Shown: positions 1-10,131, counted from the stretch's first letter. The stretch: 64,000 bases of DNA from Methanobacteriota archaeon (GCA_043799545.1 JAZDNO010000002.1:1-64000); one strand, 5' to 3'. The notes: generated by a model not told the origin, from the letters alone. Numbers and translations: made by a program.

Positions 1-595
1 TGCCCGCTTTCTCGTAGGCTATCTTCGCCTCCGTGTCGCCCAGGTACTGCGTGTGCTCCAACCCTATCGAGGTTATGACGGAGACCTCGGGGACGATGTG
101 GTTCGTCGAATCCAGCCGCCCGCCCATTCCGACCTCGATGACGGCAACATCGACTTTCCTCTCTGCGAAATGCTTGAACGCCAGCGCAGTCGTCGCCTCG
201 AAGAAGGTGCACTGCTGGTTTTCCGACCCTTTTGCCATCTCGACAACGTGGCGCTTGACTTCACCGGCCAGTCGGGCTACGTCCTCGCGCGGGATTGCCT
301 CCCCGTTCACTCGCGTGCGCTCGGTGAAGTCGACCAGGTGCGGCGATGTGTAGAGCCCGGTTTTGTAGCCAGCTGCCCTCAGAGCGGACTCGACGAAAGC
401 GCAGACCGACCCCTTTCCGTTCGTTCCAGTGACGTGGACCGTCTTGTACCCAAGGTGCGGGTTGCCAAACCTTCGAAGGAGCTCGCGGGTGTTCTCCAGG
501 CCGAACTTCACGCCGAAGAATTCAAGGTCGTACAGATACGAGATTGCCGAATCGTAATCTCCGAATTCGGGGTTATCATCCGCACCTTTGGCCAT
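1..595 (-). CDS. folC: Folylpolyglutamate/dihydrofolate synthase, N-terminal part (runs off left edge)
   Basis: Manual translation (not in ORF track): MAKGADDNPEFGDYDSAISYLYDLEFFGVKFGLENTREL...VTGTNGKGS...YTSPHL...EVGMGGRLDSTN...SIGLEHTQYLG. Confidence 0.92.
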   Translation of the reverse strand, partial: MAKGADDNPEFGDYDSAISYLYDLEFFGVKFGLENTRELLRRFGNPHLGYKTVHVTGTNGKGSVCAFVESALRAAGYKTGLYTSPHLVDFTERTRVNGEAIPREDVARLAGEVKRHVVEMAKGSENQQCTFFEATTALAFKHFAERKVDVAVIEVGMGGRLDSTNHIVPEVSVITSIGLEHTQYLGDTEAKIAYEKAG

Positions 596-605
596 TTCAT
601 CGCCT

Positions 606-2183
606 TCAGTGTTTGAATTCCCGCAGGTTCGTGAACGCCATCGCCATCCCGCGCTCGTCCGCGGCGTCTATCGCTTCCTGGTCGCGGATGGAGCCCCCTG
701 GGTGAATGGCCGCGGTCACGCCTCCCTTCGCGGCCTCGATTATGCCGTCCGGGAACGGGAAGTATGCGTCGGACGCCATGACGGAGCCCGCGCTCGCCCC
801 CCTGGACTTCTTCACAGCCAGCTCGACCGCGTCCACGCGGCTCATCTGGCCCGCGCCGATACCCACGGCGGTTTCGCCCTTCGCCAGGACTATCGAGTTC
901 GATTTGACGTGCTTCACGACCCTGTAGGCGAACTCCATACCGACTAGTTCGTCGGGCGTCGGTTGGCGCTTCGAGACAACCTTGAGCGCCGACATGTCGA
1001 GGCGCTTGAGGTTCCTGTCCTGGACGAGGATGCCCCCCACCACTTTGCGCATGTCCATCTCTGTCGCGTCGTACTTTCCGAAAGGCCCGGTCTCCAGTAT
1101 GCGGAGGTTCTTCTTCTTTTGGAGCTGGGCGAGGGCGTCCGGCTCGTACGACGGGGCGATGACGACCTCCAGAAATATCGGCTTCAATTCCGTCGCAACT
1201 TCCAGCGTCATCGGGCGGTTAACCGCGACTATTCCGCCGTATACGGACAGGGGGTCGACGGCCACGGCGCTCTTGTAGGCCGCGAGTATGTCGTCGGCGG
1301 ATGCAATCCCGCACGGGTTGGTGTGCTTGACGGCCGAAGCAGTGGGCCTGTCGAAGTCCTTGACCATCTCCAGCGTGTCGTTGGCGTCGAGGATGTTGTT
1401 GTACGAGAGCTGCTTGCCGTGCAATTGCTTCGCTGTCGTGATGGAGGGCTCGGTCAGGGTTCTGGCCTCGCGGTAGAAGCACCCGCGCTGGTAGGGGTTC
1501 TCCCCGTAGCGGAGCTCGAGCTGCTTCCTGAAGACAGGAACCAGGGTCCGGGGGAACGGCTCGTTCACATATGCAGAGTATAGATACGAATATATTGCGG
1601 CGTCGTAAGCCGCCGTGGTTTCGAACGCCTCCACCGCGAGCCTCTTGCGGGTCTCATGGGATATGGCTCCTTTGGAGCTGAGCTCTTCGAGGACCGACGG
1701 ATACTGGGACGGCGAAACTACGATAGCAACGCGCTCGTGGTTCTTCGCCGCGGCCCTTACGAGCGACGGCCCGCCGATGTCGATGTTCTCGACGGCTTCG
1801 TCCAGCGCGCAGCCTCGTGCGACCACGCTTTCGAACGGATACAGATTGACCGCGACCATCTCGAACGGCTCTATCCCGTGGGCGCCGATTTGAGCCATGT
1901 GGTCGGGCGTGCACCGGGCGAGAATGCCAGCGTGAATCTTGGGGTGGAGCGTCTTGACTCGCCCCTCGAGCATCTCGGGAAACCCGGTCACCTCGGAGAC
2001 CTGGGCGACCCGGATTCCGGCCTTGTTTATCTCGGCGTGCGTTCCGCCCGAAGAAACCAGCTCGAAGCCCATCCCTGACAGCCCGCGCGCGAAATCGACC
2101 AGACCCGTCTTGTCGTGGACGCTGAGAAGCGCCCTCCTGACCTGTTTCAGAGTGTCACCCCGACCCCGAAGGGGCTCTCCCAT
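606..2183 (-). CDS. purH: Bifunctional AICAR transformylase/IMP cyclohydrolase (bacterial type)
   Basis: ALLSVHDKTG, GRVKTLHP, ENIDIGGPS, LRYGENP, GIGAGQMSRVD, ASDAYFPF motifs. Confidence 0.97.
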   Translation of the reverse strand: MGEPLRGRGDTLKQVRRALLSVHDKTGLVDFARGLSGMGFELVSSGGTHAEINKAGIRVAQVSEVTGFPEMLEGRVKTLHPKIHAGILARCTPDHMAQIGAHGIEPFEMVAVNLYPFESVVARGCALDEAVENIDIGGPSLVRAAAKNHERVAIVVSPSQYPSVLEELSSKGAISHETRKRLAVEAFETTAAYDAAIYSYLYSAYVNEPFPRTLVPVFRKQLELRYGENPYQRGCFYREARTLTEPSITTAKQLHGKQLSYNNILDANDTLEMVKDFDRPTASAVKHTNPCGIASADDILAAYKSAVAVDPLSVYGGIVAVNRPMTLEVATELKPIFLEVVIAPSYEPDALAQLQKKKNLRILETGPFGKYDATEMDMRKVVGGILVQDRNLKRLDMSALKVVSKRQPTPDELVGMEFAYRVVKHVKSNSIVLAKGETAVGIGAGQMSRVDAVELAVKKSRGASAGSVMASDAYFPFPDGIIEAAKGGVTAAIHPGGSIRDQEAIDAADERGMAMAFTNLREFKH

Positions 2184-2196
2184 GAAAAGGGTTGCG

Positions 2197-3423
2197 CTAT
2201 CCCAAGATGTAGTCGAACGCCTTTAAACAGCGAAGAACGAGCGCCTCCTCCGGCGTCAGGCCGCTGTCGTCCACCAGCGCCCGAATCTCCTCGGAGTTCA
2301 CCAGCTCCAGCACGAGCGGATGCCCGGAAGTGATCGCGTAAACCCTTTCGAAGTCCGGAAGCTCGCCGCCGACCGCCTCGACCAGCTCCCGGGCGCTTTC
2401 CCTGTCGAGGCCCTGGAGTTGCAACTCCGCCACCGCGCTGGAAGACGCATACGCCCTGAACCATTGGCGGAGCCCAGCGTCCCTGGTTGTCACGATGAGC
2501 TTCGCCCCGGGGGTCGATGCGAAAACCTCGATGAGATGATGGCATAGATTCGCCGTGTCTTCCCTGAGCTCGAAAAGGTTGTCGAAAACCGCGACGGCGT
2601 TGAACTTTGGAATAAGGGCTCGTATGGTCTCGGGCAGCTTGGTCGCGCTCGCATCCAGCTTCGGCGCACTTTTCATCGCTGCGTTCGAAAATGCCTGGAA
2701 CGCCTGGACGACGACGTCCGGCGAGTCCCAAGCATGGAACGTGTGCCAGAAGACGTTTTTCCCCCTGGCGTGCGCCAGCGCCTTGTGGACAAGCGCCGTC
2801 TTTCCCATCCCCTTCACCCCAGATATAATTCCGACTCGCGGGCCGTCGGAGGAGAGCCAGCCCTCGATGCATTGGAGCTCCTCAGTCCTGCCGAAGAATG
2901 ATTGAGGCTTTGGCGAATTGACGGACTGGTCCACGATGCCCTCGGCGTGGACTTGCTGGCCGTCCGAATCGTGCATCCTCACGATTCCATCCTCCCCGAG
3001 GGCCCTCAGCAGGCGCGTTATTCCAGGCTTCCCCGGCAGGTAGTACTGGGCGTCCTGGAAGGTGAAACGCTTCCTTTCCCCGTCTTCGGTTTCGACCTCA
3101 ATGGCAGTGGCCGACAAGCGCTTCAGTACTCCCTCCGCGATGCTCAGCCCCTTCTCGGTCAGGAAATAGACCTTCCTGCGCCTGGCGAAACCGGAAACGT
3201 GGGACACTTGCTCGTTCACGGCCCCGTCGTCCAGCAGCCTCCTGACAGCGCGCGGAACGTGGTTGGGCCTTATGCCAAGCGCCTCGGCTATTCCTTCCTG
3301 GGTCACCTGCGGGGGAACGTCCTCCCGGTATCTTGGCAGGGCGTAGTCCCTGAGGTGCAGAAGCAGGCGCTCGTTCACAGTGACCAGGCGCCCGGCTGAA
3401 TCCTGCGTTCCATTCTCGGGCAT
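2197..3423 (-). CDS. Winged-HTH plus P-loop (NB-ARC/STAND-like) ATPase regulator, ~408 aa
   Basis: Start placed at MPENGTQ (the longer ORF-track N-terminus is antisense to the peptidase); QEGIAEALGI...RKVYFLTEKG wHTH; FFGRTEEL, GVKGMGKT Walker A, VFDN Walker B, SGHPLVLEL. Confidence 0.85.
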   Translation of the reverse strand: MPENGTQDSAGRLVTVNERLLLHLRDYALPRYREDVPPQVTQEGIAEALGIRPNHVPRAVRRLLDDGAVNEQVSHVSGFARRRKVYFLTEKGLSIAEGVLKRLSATAIEVETEDGERKRFTFQDAQYYLPGKPGITRLLRALGEDGIVRMHDSDGQQVHAEGIVDQSVNSPKPQSFFGRTEELQCIEGWLSSDGPRVGIISGVKGMGKTALVHKALAHARGKNVFWHTFHAWDSPDVVVQAFQAFSNAAMKSAPKLDASATKLPETIRALIPKFNAVAVFDNLFELREDTANLCHHLIEVFASTPGAKLIVTTRDAGLRQWFRAYASSSAVAELQLQGLDRESARELVEAVGGELPDFERVYAITSGHPLVLELVNSEEIRALVDDSGLTPEEALVLRCLKAFDYILG

Positions 3424-3498
3424 CGTGGGCACACAATCACCATCTGAGTATAATAATCGAGCGCATGAAATAAATACGCTTGCGGGTATCCGGGGCAC

Positions 3499-4587
3499 AT
3501 GAAGCAAAGGGTGAAGGGCGTCTTCGGCCACTCGAAGGGAAAGGCGGAAGCGATAGTCCTGCTGAACTCGGTCGACCCGCATCTGGACATGAGCTTCTTC
3601 TACGCGACCGGCGCGGAGAACGGGCTCTTCGAGGGGTCCGCAGCGGTGCTGTACCCGGATGGAAATTGCACGCTGATATGCTCCGAGCTGGAGCACGAGA
3701 GCGCTTCGCAGACGGACTGCGATATAGTGACATGCGCCAAAAAGGAAGAATTCGTGGCCTCGCTCAGGAAGGCGCTGAAGGGCTGCAAGGTCGTCGGCTT
3801 CAATCCGCCCGAGACCACTCACAAAGCGTACTTGACGATTAAGGAATGCGCTGGCAAATCGAAGCTCGTCGACGCCTCCGAGGCGCTGGTTTCCGCACGC
3901 CTGGTCAAGGACGCATCCGAGATAGAGCTGATGCGCGAGGCTTGCTCGATCGCTTCCGAGGCCGCCGTCGAGGTCCAGGACTGCATCAAGGCCGGTGTCA
4001 GGGAGTACCATATTGCCGCGGAGCTGTGCTACATCATGCAGAAGAAGGGGGCCATCGGTCCGGCATTCGAGACCATAGTGGGTTCGGGGCCGAACAGCGC
4101 GGAGCCGCACTATCACGCAGGAGCCAGGAAGATAAACAAAGGCGATTTCGTCCTTCTGGACTTCGGGGCGCTCTACAAGCGCTACAGGTCGGACATCACC
4201 AGGACCTACTTCCTCGGCAAGGCCGACGCCAGGAAGAGGGAGATGTACAAGGTTGTGCTGGAGGCACAGAGGCGCGCCCTGGCGGCAATAAAGCCAGGCG
4301 CCAAGGGCGGGCTTGCACACCTGGCCGCTGCGAAGTACATCGATTCCACCGAGTACAAGGGCAAGTTCATACATGGCGTGGGGCACAGCCTGGGACTGGC
4401 CACCCACGACGGGAGCGGCCTGAACCCCCGCATCGACGTCACGCTGAAGCCGGGAATGGTTTTCACGGTGGAGCCAGGCGTTTACGTTCCGGGCTACGGA
4501 GGCGTGCGCATCGAGGACGACATCGTGGTGACGAAGAGGGGCTGCGAGCTCCTCACTAGCGCTCCGAAGGAGCTCACCGAGCTCTGA
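3499..4587 (+). CDS. Xaa-Pro aminopeptidase (M24 family)
   Basis: PHY, DFGALY, SDITRT, HGVGHSLGL, TVEPGVY, RIEDD metal-binding motifs. Confidence 0.95.
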   Translation: MKQRVKGVFGHSKGKAEAIVLLNSVDPHLDMSFFYATGAENGLFEGSAAVLYPDGNCTLICSELEHESASQTDCDIVTCAKKEEFVASLRKALKGCKVVGFNPPETTHKAYLTIKECAGKSKLVDASEALVSARLVKDASEIELMREACSIASEAAVEVQDCIKAGVREYHIAAELCYIMQKKGAIGPAFETIVGSGPNSAEPHYHAGARKINKGDFVLLDFGALYKRYRSDITRTYFLGKADARKREMYKVVLEAQRRALAAIKPGAKGGLAHLAAAKYIDSTEYKGKFIHGVGHSLGLATHDGSGLNPRIDVTLKPGMVFTVEPGVYVPGYGGVRIEDDIVVTKRGCELLTSAPKELTEL

Positions 4588-5026
4588 CGGGCCTGCGCTT
4601 CGGCGGCCTTTCGAGGGTGCACTTCACGTTGCTGGCAATTTCAGATATATATCCTCCGATGCCCGCGAATGAGAGGGCTAGCGAGCATGCGGCAAGGAGA
4701 ATGAACGCCGGCGTTTCCCGCAGGATTCCGCGCTCCGCCAGAAGGGAGACGAAGTACATGACGAAGCCGCCGCCGGCGTAGAGAATAATCATGGAGGGCA
4801 TGTCGAGCGACGCCTTCTTAAGCGGTCGCTTGGCTGCCACGAGGAGGTGCCCGATGCCGAAAACCATGGCGATGCTTGTCATCGACACGAGGAAGATGGC
4901 TAGGGACCGGTCGGGGAGGAAGCCGAAGACTTGGAGCGCCACGATGGATGCCACGACAGCGTAGCCTCTCACCAGGAGCCCGACCACGGGCGGCATTCTC
5001 AGACCGGTTCCGTTCATTTCTTGCAC
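4574..5026 (-). CDS. Hypothetical membrane protein (~4 TM)
   Basis: Four hydrophobic stretches; fills the gap between peptidase and gap. Confidence 0.6.
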   Translation of the reverse strand: MQEMNGTGLRMPPVVGLLVRGYAVVASIVALQVFGFLPDRSLAIFLVSMTSIAMVFGIGHLLVAAKRPLKKASLDMPSMIILYAGGGFVMYFVSLLAERGILRETPAFILLAACSLALSFAGIGGYISEIASNVKCTLERPPKRRPVRAR

Positions 5027-5180
5027 CTCCTATGCCAACTGAGCCACGTTTCCGTGTCATTCGTTAGCATGGCGATATTGCCCCCGCTGGATATAAAGGT
5101 TGCTTGGACTACACCATGTTACACACCAAAACCATGGCACATTTTTTATGCGGCTTAGCGGATACGGGGTCGGTGTCAAG

Positions 5181-6212
5181 ATGTCCATAAAAGTCGCCAT
5201 AAATGGCTACGGCACGATAGGCAAACGAGTTGCGGACGCTGTCTCCAAGCAGGACGACATGAAGGTCGCCGGCGTCGTCAAGACACGCCCGACCTCCGAG
5301 GCCAGGCTCGCGGTGAGGAAGGGCTACAAGCTCTTCGTCGCAAAGGACGGGAGGCAGACCTTCGCCGATGCTGGCTTAGAAGTCGCAGGCACCGCGGACG
5401 AGCTGTTCGAGGACGCCGACGTCATTGTGGACTGCACGCCCGGCAAGAAGAAGGAGGGGGGCACCACCGGCGAGGATTACCTTAAGGTTTACGATGCCAT
5501 ATGCAAGAAGGCGCTCTTCCAGGGAGGGGAGAAGCACAAGCTCACTGGCCTGTCGTTCAACTCCACGGCGAACTACGCGGACTCGGTCGGCAAGCATTAC
5601 GCCCGCGTGGTCTCGTGCAACACCACGGGGCTCTGCCGCACCCTGTTCCCCATCCAGCAGGCGTTTGGAATCGAGAACGTCATGGCCGTCATGATAAGGC
5701 GTGCGGCGGACCCGTACGACTCGAAGACCGGACCGATAAACGCCATCGAGCCCGAAGTGAAGGTGCCGTCTCACCACGGCCCCGACGCGCAGAGCTGCAT
5801 GCCAGGCCTGAACATCCAGTCGATGGCGGTCAAGGTTCCGACGACGATAATGCACCTCCACCAGCTCGCTGTGAAGCTGAAGAAGCCCGCGACGACTGCG
5901 GATGTCTTGAAGGTCTGGGAGTCGGCTCCGCGCGTGATGTTCGTCTCGACCAAGGACGGTGTCAAATCGACCGCGCAGGTGATGGAGCTGGCGCGCGACA
6001 TGGGACGGGACCGCTCGGACCTATACGAAATCGCGGTCTGGAAGGACGGCGTGAACGTCGTCGGGGACATGCTCTACTACACCCAGGCCATCCACCAGGA
6101 GTCGGACGTCGTTCCGGAGAACGTCGACTGCATCAGGGCGCTGTGCGGGCTCGAAACCGACGGAAGGAAGAGCGTGGAGAAGACCAACAGGGCGATGGGG
6201 ATTCCGAAATAA
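5181..6212 (+). CDS. gap: Glyceraldehyde-3-phosphate dehydrogenase, archaeal type II
   Basis: MSIKVAINGYGTIGKRVADAV, RVVSCNTTGL, SHHGPD, IHQESDVVPENVD; start at ATG 5181. Confidence 0.96.
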   Translation: MSIKVAINGYGTIGKRVADAVSKQDDMKVAGVVKTRPTSEARLAVRKGYKLFVAKDGRQTFADAGLEVAGTADELFEDADVIVDCTPGKKKEGGTTGEDYLKVYDAICKKALFQGGEKHKLTGLSFNSTANYADSVGKHYARVVSCNTTGLCRTLFPIQQAFGIENVMAVMIRRAADPYDSKTGPINAIEPEVKVPSHHGPDAQSCMPGLNIQSMAVKVPTTIMHLHQLAVKLKKPATTADVLKVWESAPRVMFVSTKDGVKSTAQVMELARDMGRDRSDLYEIAVWKDGVNVVGDMLYYTQAIHQESDVVPENVDCIRALCGLETDGRKSVEKTNRAMGIPK

Positions 6213-6240
6213 CCCATGCGACCAAAACCTTTCCATATCG

Positions 6241-6681
6241 TTATTTTCCTTTTGATTTGTCACGATTCGCATGAAGCCTTTTGCGCGCCATCTCCTGGTG
6301 CATCTCCCCGCATCTGTCCAGCCACAACCGCTGGTACGCATCGGGTTCAACAACCCTGCCTTCCAGGCCAGCAATCGTCCTGATTCCCTCGGCCAGGCAC
6401 CACTCGACGCAGACCTCGTACTCGTCCCAGTCGAGCGGTTCGTCCTCCCAGCAGCATAGAATTTCTTTCGCGCCCAGCCTGTGGAGCGCGAACGCCCGGG
6501 TGTGACCGTCCGAGTAAATCAGTCGCCCGTTCAACTCCCTGACGGGCACGGGCTCGTACTCGAACGGTCCGGACGGGCCAAGCTGGCGCACGACGTTCGC
6601 CAGCTTCTCGGTGCTTATGTAAAGCTGCGTGGGCTGGATGTCCTTGAGCGCCTTGTGGAACCGTTCCCCTTTCTCGACCAT
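6241..6681 (-). CDS. Hypothetical protein, ParB/Srx-like fold
   Basis: DIQPTQLYIS...YSDGHTRAFAL pattern. Confidence 0.6.
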   Translation of the reverse strand: MVEKGERFHKALKDIQPTQLYISTEKLANVVRQLGPSGPFEYEPVPVRELNGRLIYSDGHTRAFALHRLGAKEILCCWEDEPLDWDEYEVCVEWCLAEGIRTIAGLEGRVVEPDAYQRLWLDRCGEMHQEMARKRLHANRDKSKGK

Positions 6682-6693
6682 TTTCGCACCCGC

Positions 6694-7443
6694 TCATGCG
6701 CATTTCTTCTTTCTGGCATCCCTGGCCTTTTTAACTTTCGCGCCGCGCCCCCGTCCCTTCGCCGCGTCCTTCAGCACCCCGGCCAGCGTGTAGAACTCCC
6801 ACTTCGTAGGCACCGCGCGGCCCATCATCCTGCGCCACATCAGCCTCGTGTTCGCCCTGCGGTGCGCGGGATAATCAATGGAGGCCAGCAGCTCGTCGAA
6901 GAACTCGTTGAGCTTCTCCTTCTCGACGGGAGCCGCCGTCAAGGGACGCACCCTCTCCGAGGTCGGCTGGAACAGTTCGTACATCACTACAGCGACCGCG
7001 TGCGAGAGGTTCATTATCGGGTATTCGTCGCCCGTGGGGATGTTCACGAAGGCGTCTGCCAGCTCCATCTCGTCGTTGTAGAGGCCGTAGTCCTCGCGCC
7101 CGAAGACTAGCGCGACCTCCCCTTTGACGCCGCCCAGCTTGGTGGCGAGTTCGCGCGGCGTCATGGGATGCCTGCCGTACTGGTTGTCGTTCTCGCTGGT
7201 GATGCCACTCGTGGCCACGACGAAACCGCTCTTCTTTGTGGCCGCCTTGAGCGACTTGTAGGTTTTGGCGTTCGCCAGCACGCGCTTGGCATGCATCGCC
7301 CTCGCAATCGCCACGTCGTCCACCTCGCACTGGGGGTTCACCAGCGCGAGGCGCTCGAATCCGAAATTCAGCATCGCCCTCGCCACGGCCCCCAGGTTCC
7401 CGGGGTGCTGGGGCTCCACAAGGACCACCAAGTAATCGGGCAC
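6694..7443 (-). CDS. trmJ: tRNA/rRNA 2'-O-methyltransferase, TrmJ/SpoU family
   Basis: VVLVEPQHPGNLGAVARAMLNFG, FGREDYGL, YPIMNLSHAV; GTG start inferred. Confidence 0.88.
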   Translation of the reverse strand: MPDYLVVLVEPQHPGNLGAVARAMLNFGFERLALVNPQCEVDDVAIARAMHAKRVLANAKTYKSLKAATKKSGFVVATSGITSENDNQYGRHPMTPRELATKLGGVKGEVALVFGREDYGLYNDEMELADAFVNIPTGDEYPIMNLSHAVAVVMYELFQPTSERVRPLTAAPVEKEKLNEFFDELLASIDYPAHRRANTRLMWRRMMGRAVPTKWEFYTLAGVLKDAAKGRGRGAKVKKARDARKKKCA

Positions 7444-7494
7444 GCGGGGGGATAGCTCACCAAATTTATAAAGGGAGCGCGCCATCGGACGCCG

Positions 7495-8295
7495 ATGCCC
7501 CGCTACGCCATGAAAATCGCCTACGACGGCTCCGCCTTCAGCGGAAGCCAGCGCCAGCCCGATGCCAGGACGGTCGAGGGTGAGCTGGCTCGCGCCGCCC
7601 GGGAGATTGGCGCGATAGGGGATGAGGAATGGATTCCCATTGGAAGCCGGACGGACGCCGGAGTCAGCGCGACCGGGAACGTCTGCGCTATCGACACCGG
7701 CTTCGACCGCGAGGCGCTCGTCCCGGCCATAAATTCTCAAACCGATGACGTATGGATATGCGGCCTGGCTGACGTGAGCGAGGGGTTCAACCCCAGGCAC
7801 GCGAAGGCGAGGTGGTACAGATACCTCCTGCCTGCCGAAGATTTGGACATTGAGCTTGCCGGGGAGGTCTTGCCCGCGTTCGTGGGCGAGCGCGACTTCA
7901 CGCATTTCTCCAAGTACGACGACACGGCGGACCGCTCGCCTCTGCGCACGCTGCATCTCGTCACACTCAAGCCCGCAGGGGATTTCCTGGCGCTGGACGT
8001 CATGGGCGAGAGCTTCCTGTGGCAGATGGTGCGGAGAATCGCCGGAGCGGTGAGGATGGTCGGAACCGGGAGCGCCACAGCCGCCGAGGTGAGGGAGGCC
8101 CTTTCAGCCCCGGGCGCATACAAAAGGCCAGTCTTCACGCCGCTGCCTCCCGAAGGGCTGGTTCTCATGGACGCAGAGTACGGAATCGAGTTCGCCCTCG
8201 AACCCCTGCCAGAGAGGTTCCATAGGGCATGCCTCCAGGCCAAGCTCAAATCCGGTTTCTACGCCGAGCTTGAGAAGAGGCTTTCAGGCGTTTAG
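7495..8295 (+). CDS. truA: tRNA pseudouridine(38-40) synthase
   Basis: KIAYDGSAFSGSQRQPD, SRTDAGVSA, GESFLWQMVRRI, PPEGLVL. Confidence 0.93.
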   Translation: MPRYAMKIAYDGSAFSGSQRQPDARTVEGELARAAREIGAIGDEEWIPIGSRTDAGVSATGNVCAIDTGFDREALVPAINSQTDDVWICGLADVSEGFNPRHAKARWYRYLLPAEDLDIELAGEVLPAFVGERDFTHFSKYDDTADRSPLRTLHLVTLKPAGDFLALDVMGESFLWQMVRRIAGAVRMVGTGSATAAEVREALSAPGAYKRPVFTPLPPEGLVLMDAEYGIEFALEPLPERFHRACLQAKLKSGFYAELEKRLSGV

Positions 8296-9611
8296 GCCAG
8301 ACACTTTCCAAGTTTCCAATCCGTCCTTTTCAATGGCTTGGCCAGATGCCTCCTCGCGCACGCAGGAGGTTCGTACCAGCCGGTGGTCAGCGGGCGGGGA
8401 GCGATTTCGTAAGTCCCGGCGCGCTTGCCAGCCTTTGCGCCGCACCGCTCGCACCTGAAGCCCATGCCCTTTCCCTCGGACTTCATCGCCTTGTCGCATT
8501 TCGCGCAGCGTGGGTTTGCGGTCTTTCTTTTCATCACAGCCAGCTTCAAAACCTGAATCTTCTCGACGTTGAGGGTGAGGGGCTTCTCGCGGACCCCTCC
8601 GCTCACGACCAGTCGGTCGCCGGGAACAAGCGCCCTCAGAACCTTGCGGAAGCCTTTGGCTGGCTCGTAGACCGCGACGTCTATCTCGCCGGAGGAATCG
8701 CGCACGCGGGCTATGACATGCCCGCCAGGAATAGTGCGTGGCTCCGATGCGATAGTGCCACTGATTGTCGCAGACGAGAAGGGCCTGACATCGGCGACGC
8801 GCGCGGCCAACAGGTGATCGTCCGTGCCCTGGTTGCTCTCGTAGATGAGCCAGCGGTCGAATTTTTCCCCTTTCAATGCGCGCATCGCTTCCGGCAGCGC
8901 CTTGGGGTCGTCGCCGCGTATCCCGAAAAGGATCGGGCAGGGCGAGCCAGGTGCCAGCACGACCTTGTCTTCGGCATAATCGTAATTGTTGAAAGTCGAT
9001 GGGAAGGCCTTGTCCATCTCCGAGACGCTCTCGGGGATGACGCGCCTGGGGGTTCCCCACATCCCGCACCCGCGGTAGGCGATGACCTCGTAAGTGCGGT
9101 CGCGCGGCCGCCAGGCCACGGAAGCGCAGGCCCCGACAAGGCCGCGCCCGTTTCCCCTTACGGTGAAAAGCCCTTTCGATGCCAGCTTCCTACCCTCAAC
9201 AATCGGAACGACCTCGCGCACGGCCATCCAATAGAAGCTGGCAGGCGGCTTTTTATCGAGGACGACCAACCCGGGATTCGTCATCTCCTCCCCTATGACA
9301 GCCCATTTGTCGAGCACGGATTTCGCGCGCGCCAGATATTCCTCGCTGGCTTTCGCGTGCGTTCCCCTGGCGAATGCGAAAACGTCCTTGCCGGCGACGT
9401 TGCCGACGAGCGTTTTGCGACCGTGGCCTTTGCCGAGAGCGACCGATAGAGCGGCATTGCCCCGCGTCTTCCAGGGGATTTGGGGGTTCAGGCGCACCAG
9501 GCGCGGGTACCCGACGACGTCGAGCTCGGAAAACTCGCGCACCAGCTCCGTCAGTAGGAAGGTGGTGCACATTCCCGAAACTGAGTCGGTATCGTCGACG
9601 CCGATGTAGAT
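8292..9611 (-). CDS. tiaS: tRNA(Ile2) agmatinylcytidine synthetase
   Basis: IYIGVDDTDSVSGMCTT, WKTRGN, PCPILFGIRG, SNQGTDDH, OB fold, C-terminal CxxC zinc ribbon, RRHLAKP; no canonical in-frame start (see findings). Confidence 0.93.
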   Translation of the reverse strand: MYIGVDDTDSVSGMCTTFLLTELVREFSELDVVGYPRLVRLNPQIPWKTRGNAALSVALGKGHGRKTLVGNVAGKDVFAFARGTHAKASEEYLARAKSVLDKWAVIGEEMTNPGLVVLDKKPPASFYWMAVREVVPIVEGRKLASKGLFTVRGNGRGLVGACASVAWRPRDRTYEVIAYRGCGMWGTPRRVIPESVSEMDKAFPSTFNNYDYAEDKVVLAPGSPCPILFGIRGDDPKALPEAMRALKGEKFDRWLIYESNQGTDDHLLAARVADVRPFSSATISGTIASEPRTIPGGHVIARVRDSSGEIDVAVYEPAKGFRKVLRALVPGDRLVVSGGVREKPLTLNVEKIQVLKLAVMKRKTANPRCAKCDKAMKSEGKGMGFRCERCGAKAGKRAGTYEIAPRPLTTGWYEPPACARRHLAKPLKRTDWKLGKCLA

Positions 9612-9615
9612 GCCA

Positions 9616-10131
9616 TCACCTCTGTTTCAATCTGGCTTTGACCTCCTTGACCGTGGTGCTTCTCCCGTAAATCTTCGGCTCGAAAGACAGTGAGTCCCAG
9701 AACCTCTCCGAAAGGTTGTTGCCAACGACGCTGCGGAGCGTGAGATGCTTGATTCCTAGCTCATCGAAACGTTCGGTGCAGGCGGAAACGAGCATCCTGC
9801 CGATCCCGCGCCCCCGCCATTCTTCCCTCACAAATAGAAGGCCTATCGTACCTATCCTTCGGTATTCCTCGTGGACCGTTTCCCGCTCGACGACTTCCGC
9901 CGTGGCAAAGCCGACGAGAATGCCCGCCTGTCCTGTGGCCACGAAGACCGTCCCCCTTTGGTCCTTCAGGTGTCGCCTCATGGTGCGGGAGGCCTCCCCC
10001 ATGTCGCATTCGGGTGGCCAAATCGGCAATTCGCTGTGGAAAACGTCCCCCTCGTACTTCATCTTCGCCAATTCCCCGAGGTCGGTCATCCTGGCCCGCC
10101 TGAGCGAGATCTCAGACTTTTCGCCTTTCAT
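9616..10131 (-). CDS. GNAT-family acetyltransferase
   Basis: LFVREEWRGRGIGRML acetyl-CoA motif; N..SERFWDSLSF. Confidence 0.85.
   Translation of the reverse strand: MKGEKSEISLRRARMTDLGELAKMKYEGDVFHSELPIWPPECDMGEASRTMRRHLKDQRGTVFVATGQAGILVGFATAEVVERETVHEEYRRIGTIGLLFVREEWRGRGIGRMLVSACTERFDELGIKHLTLRSVVGNNLSERFWDSLSFEPKIYGRSTTVKEVKARLKQR

Noticed and set aside
3424-4407. Apparent 736-aa protein with a long N-terminus
   Set aside because: The extra part is the antisense of the aminopeptidase gene; the recognisable domain starts near 3423.
5440-5490. Short insertion (KKKEGGTTGED) in GAPDH
   Set aside because: Small surface-loop variation, not clearly unusual.
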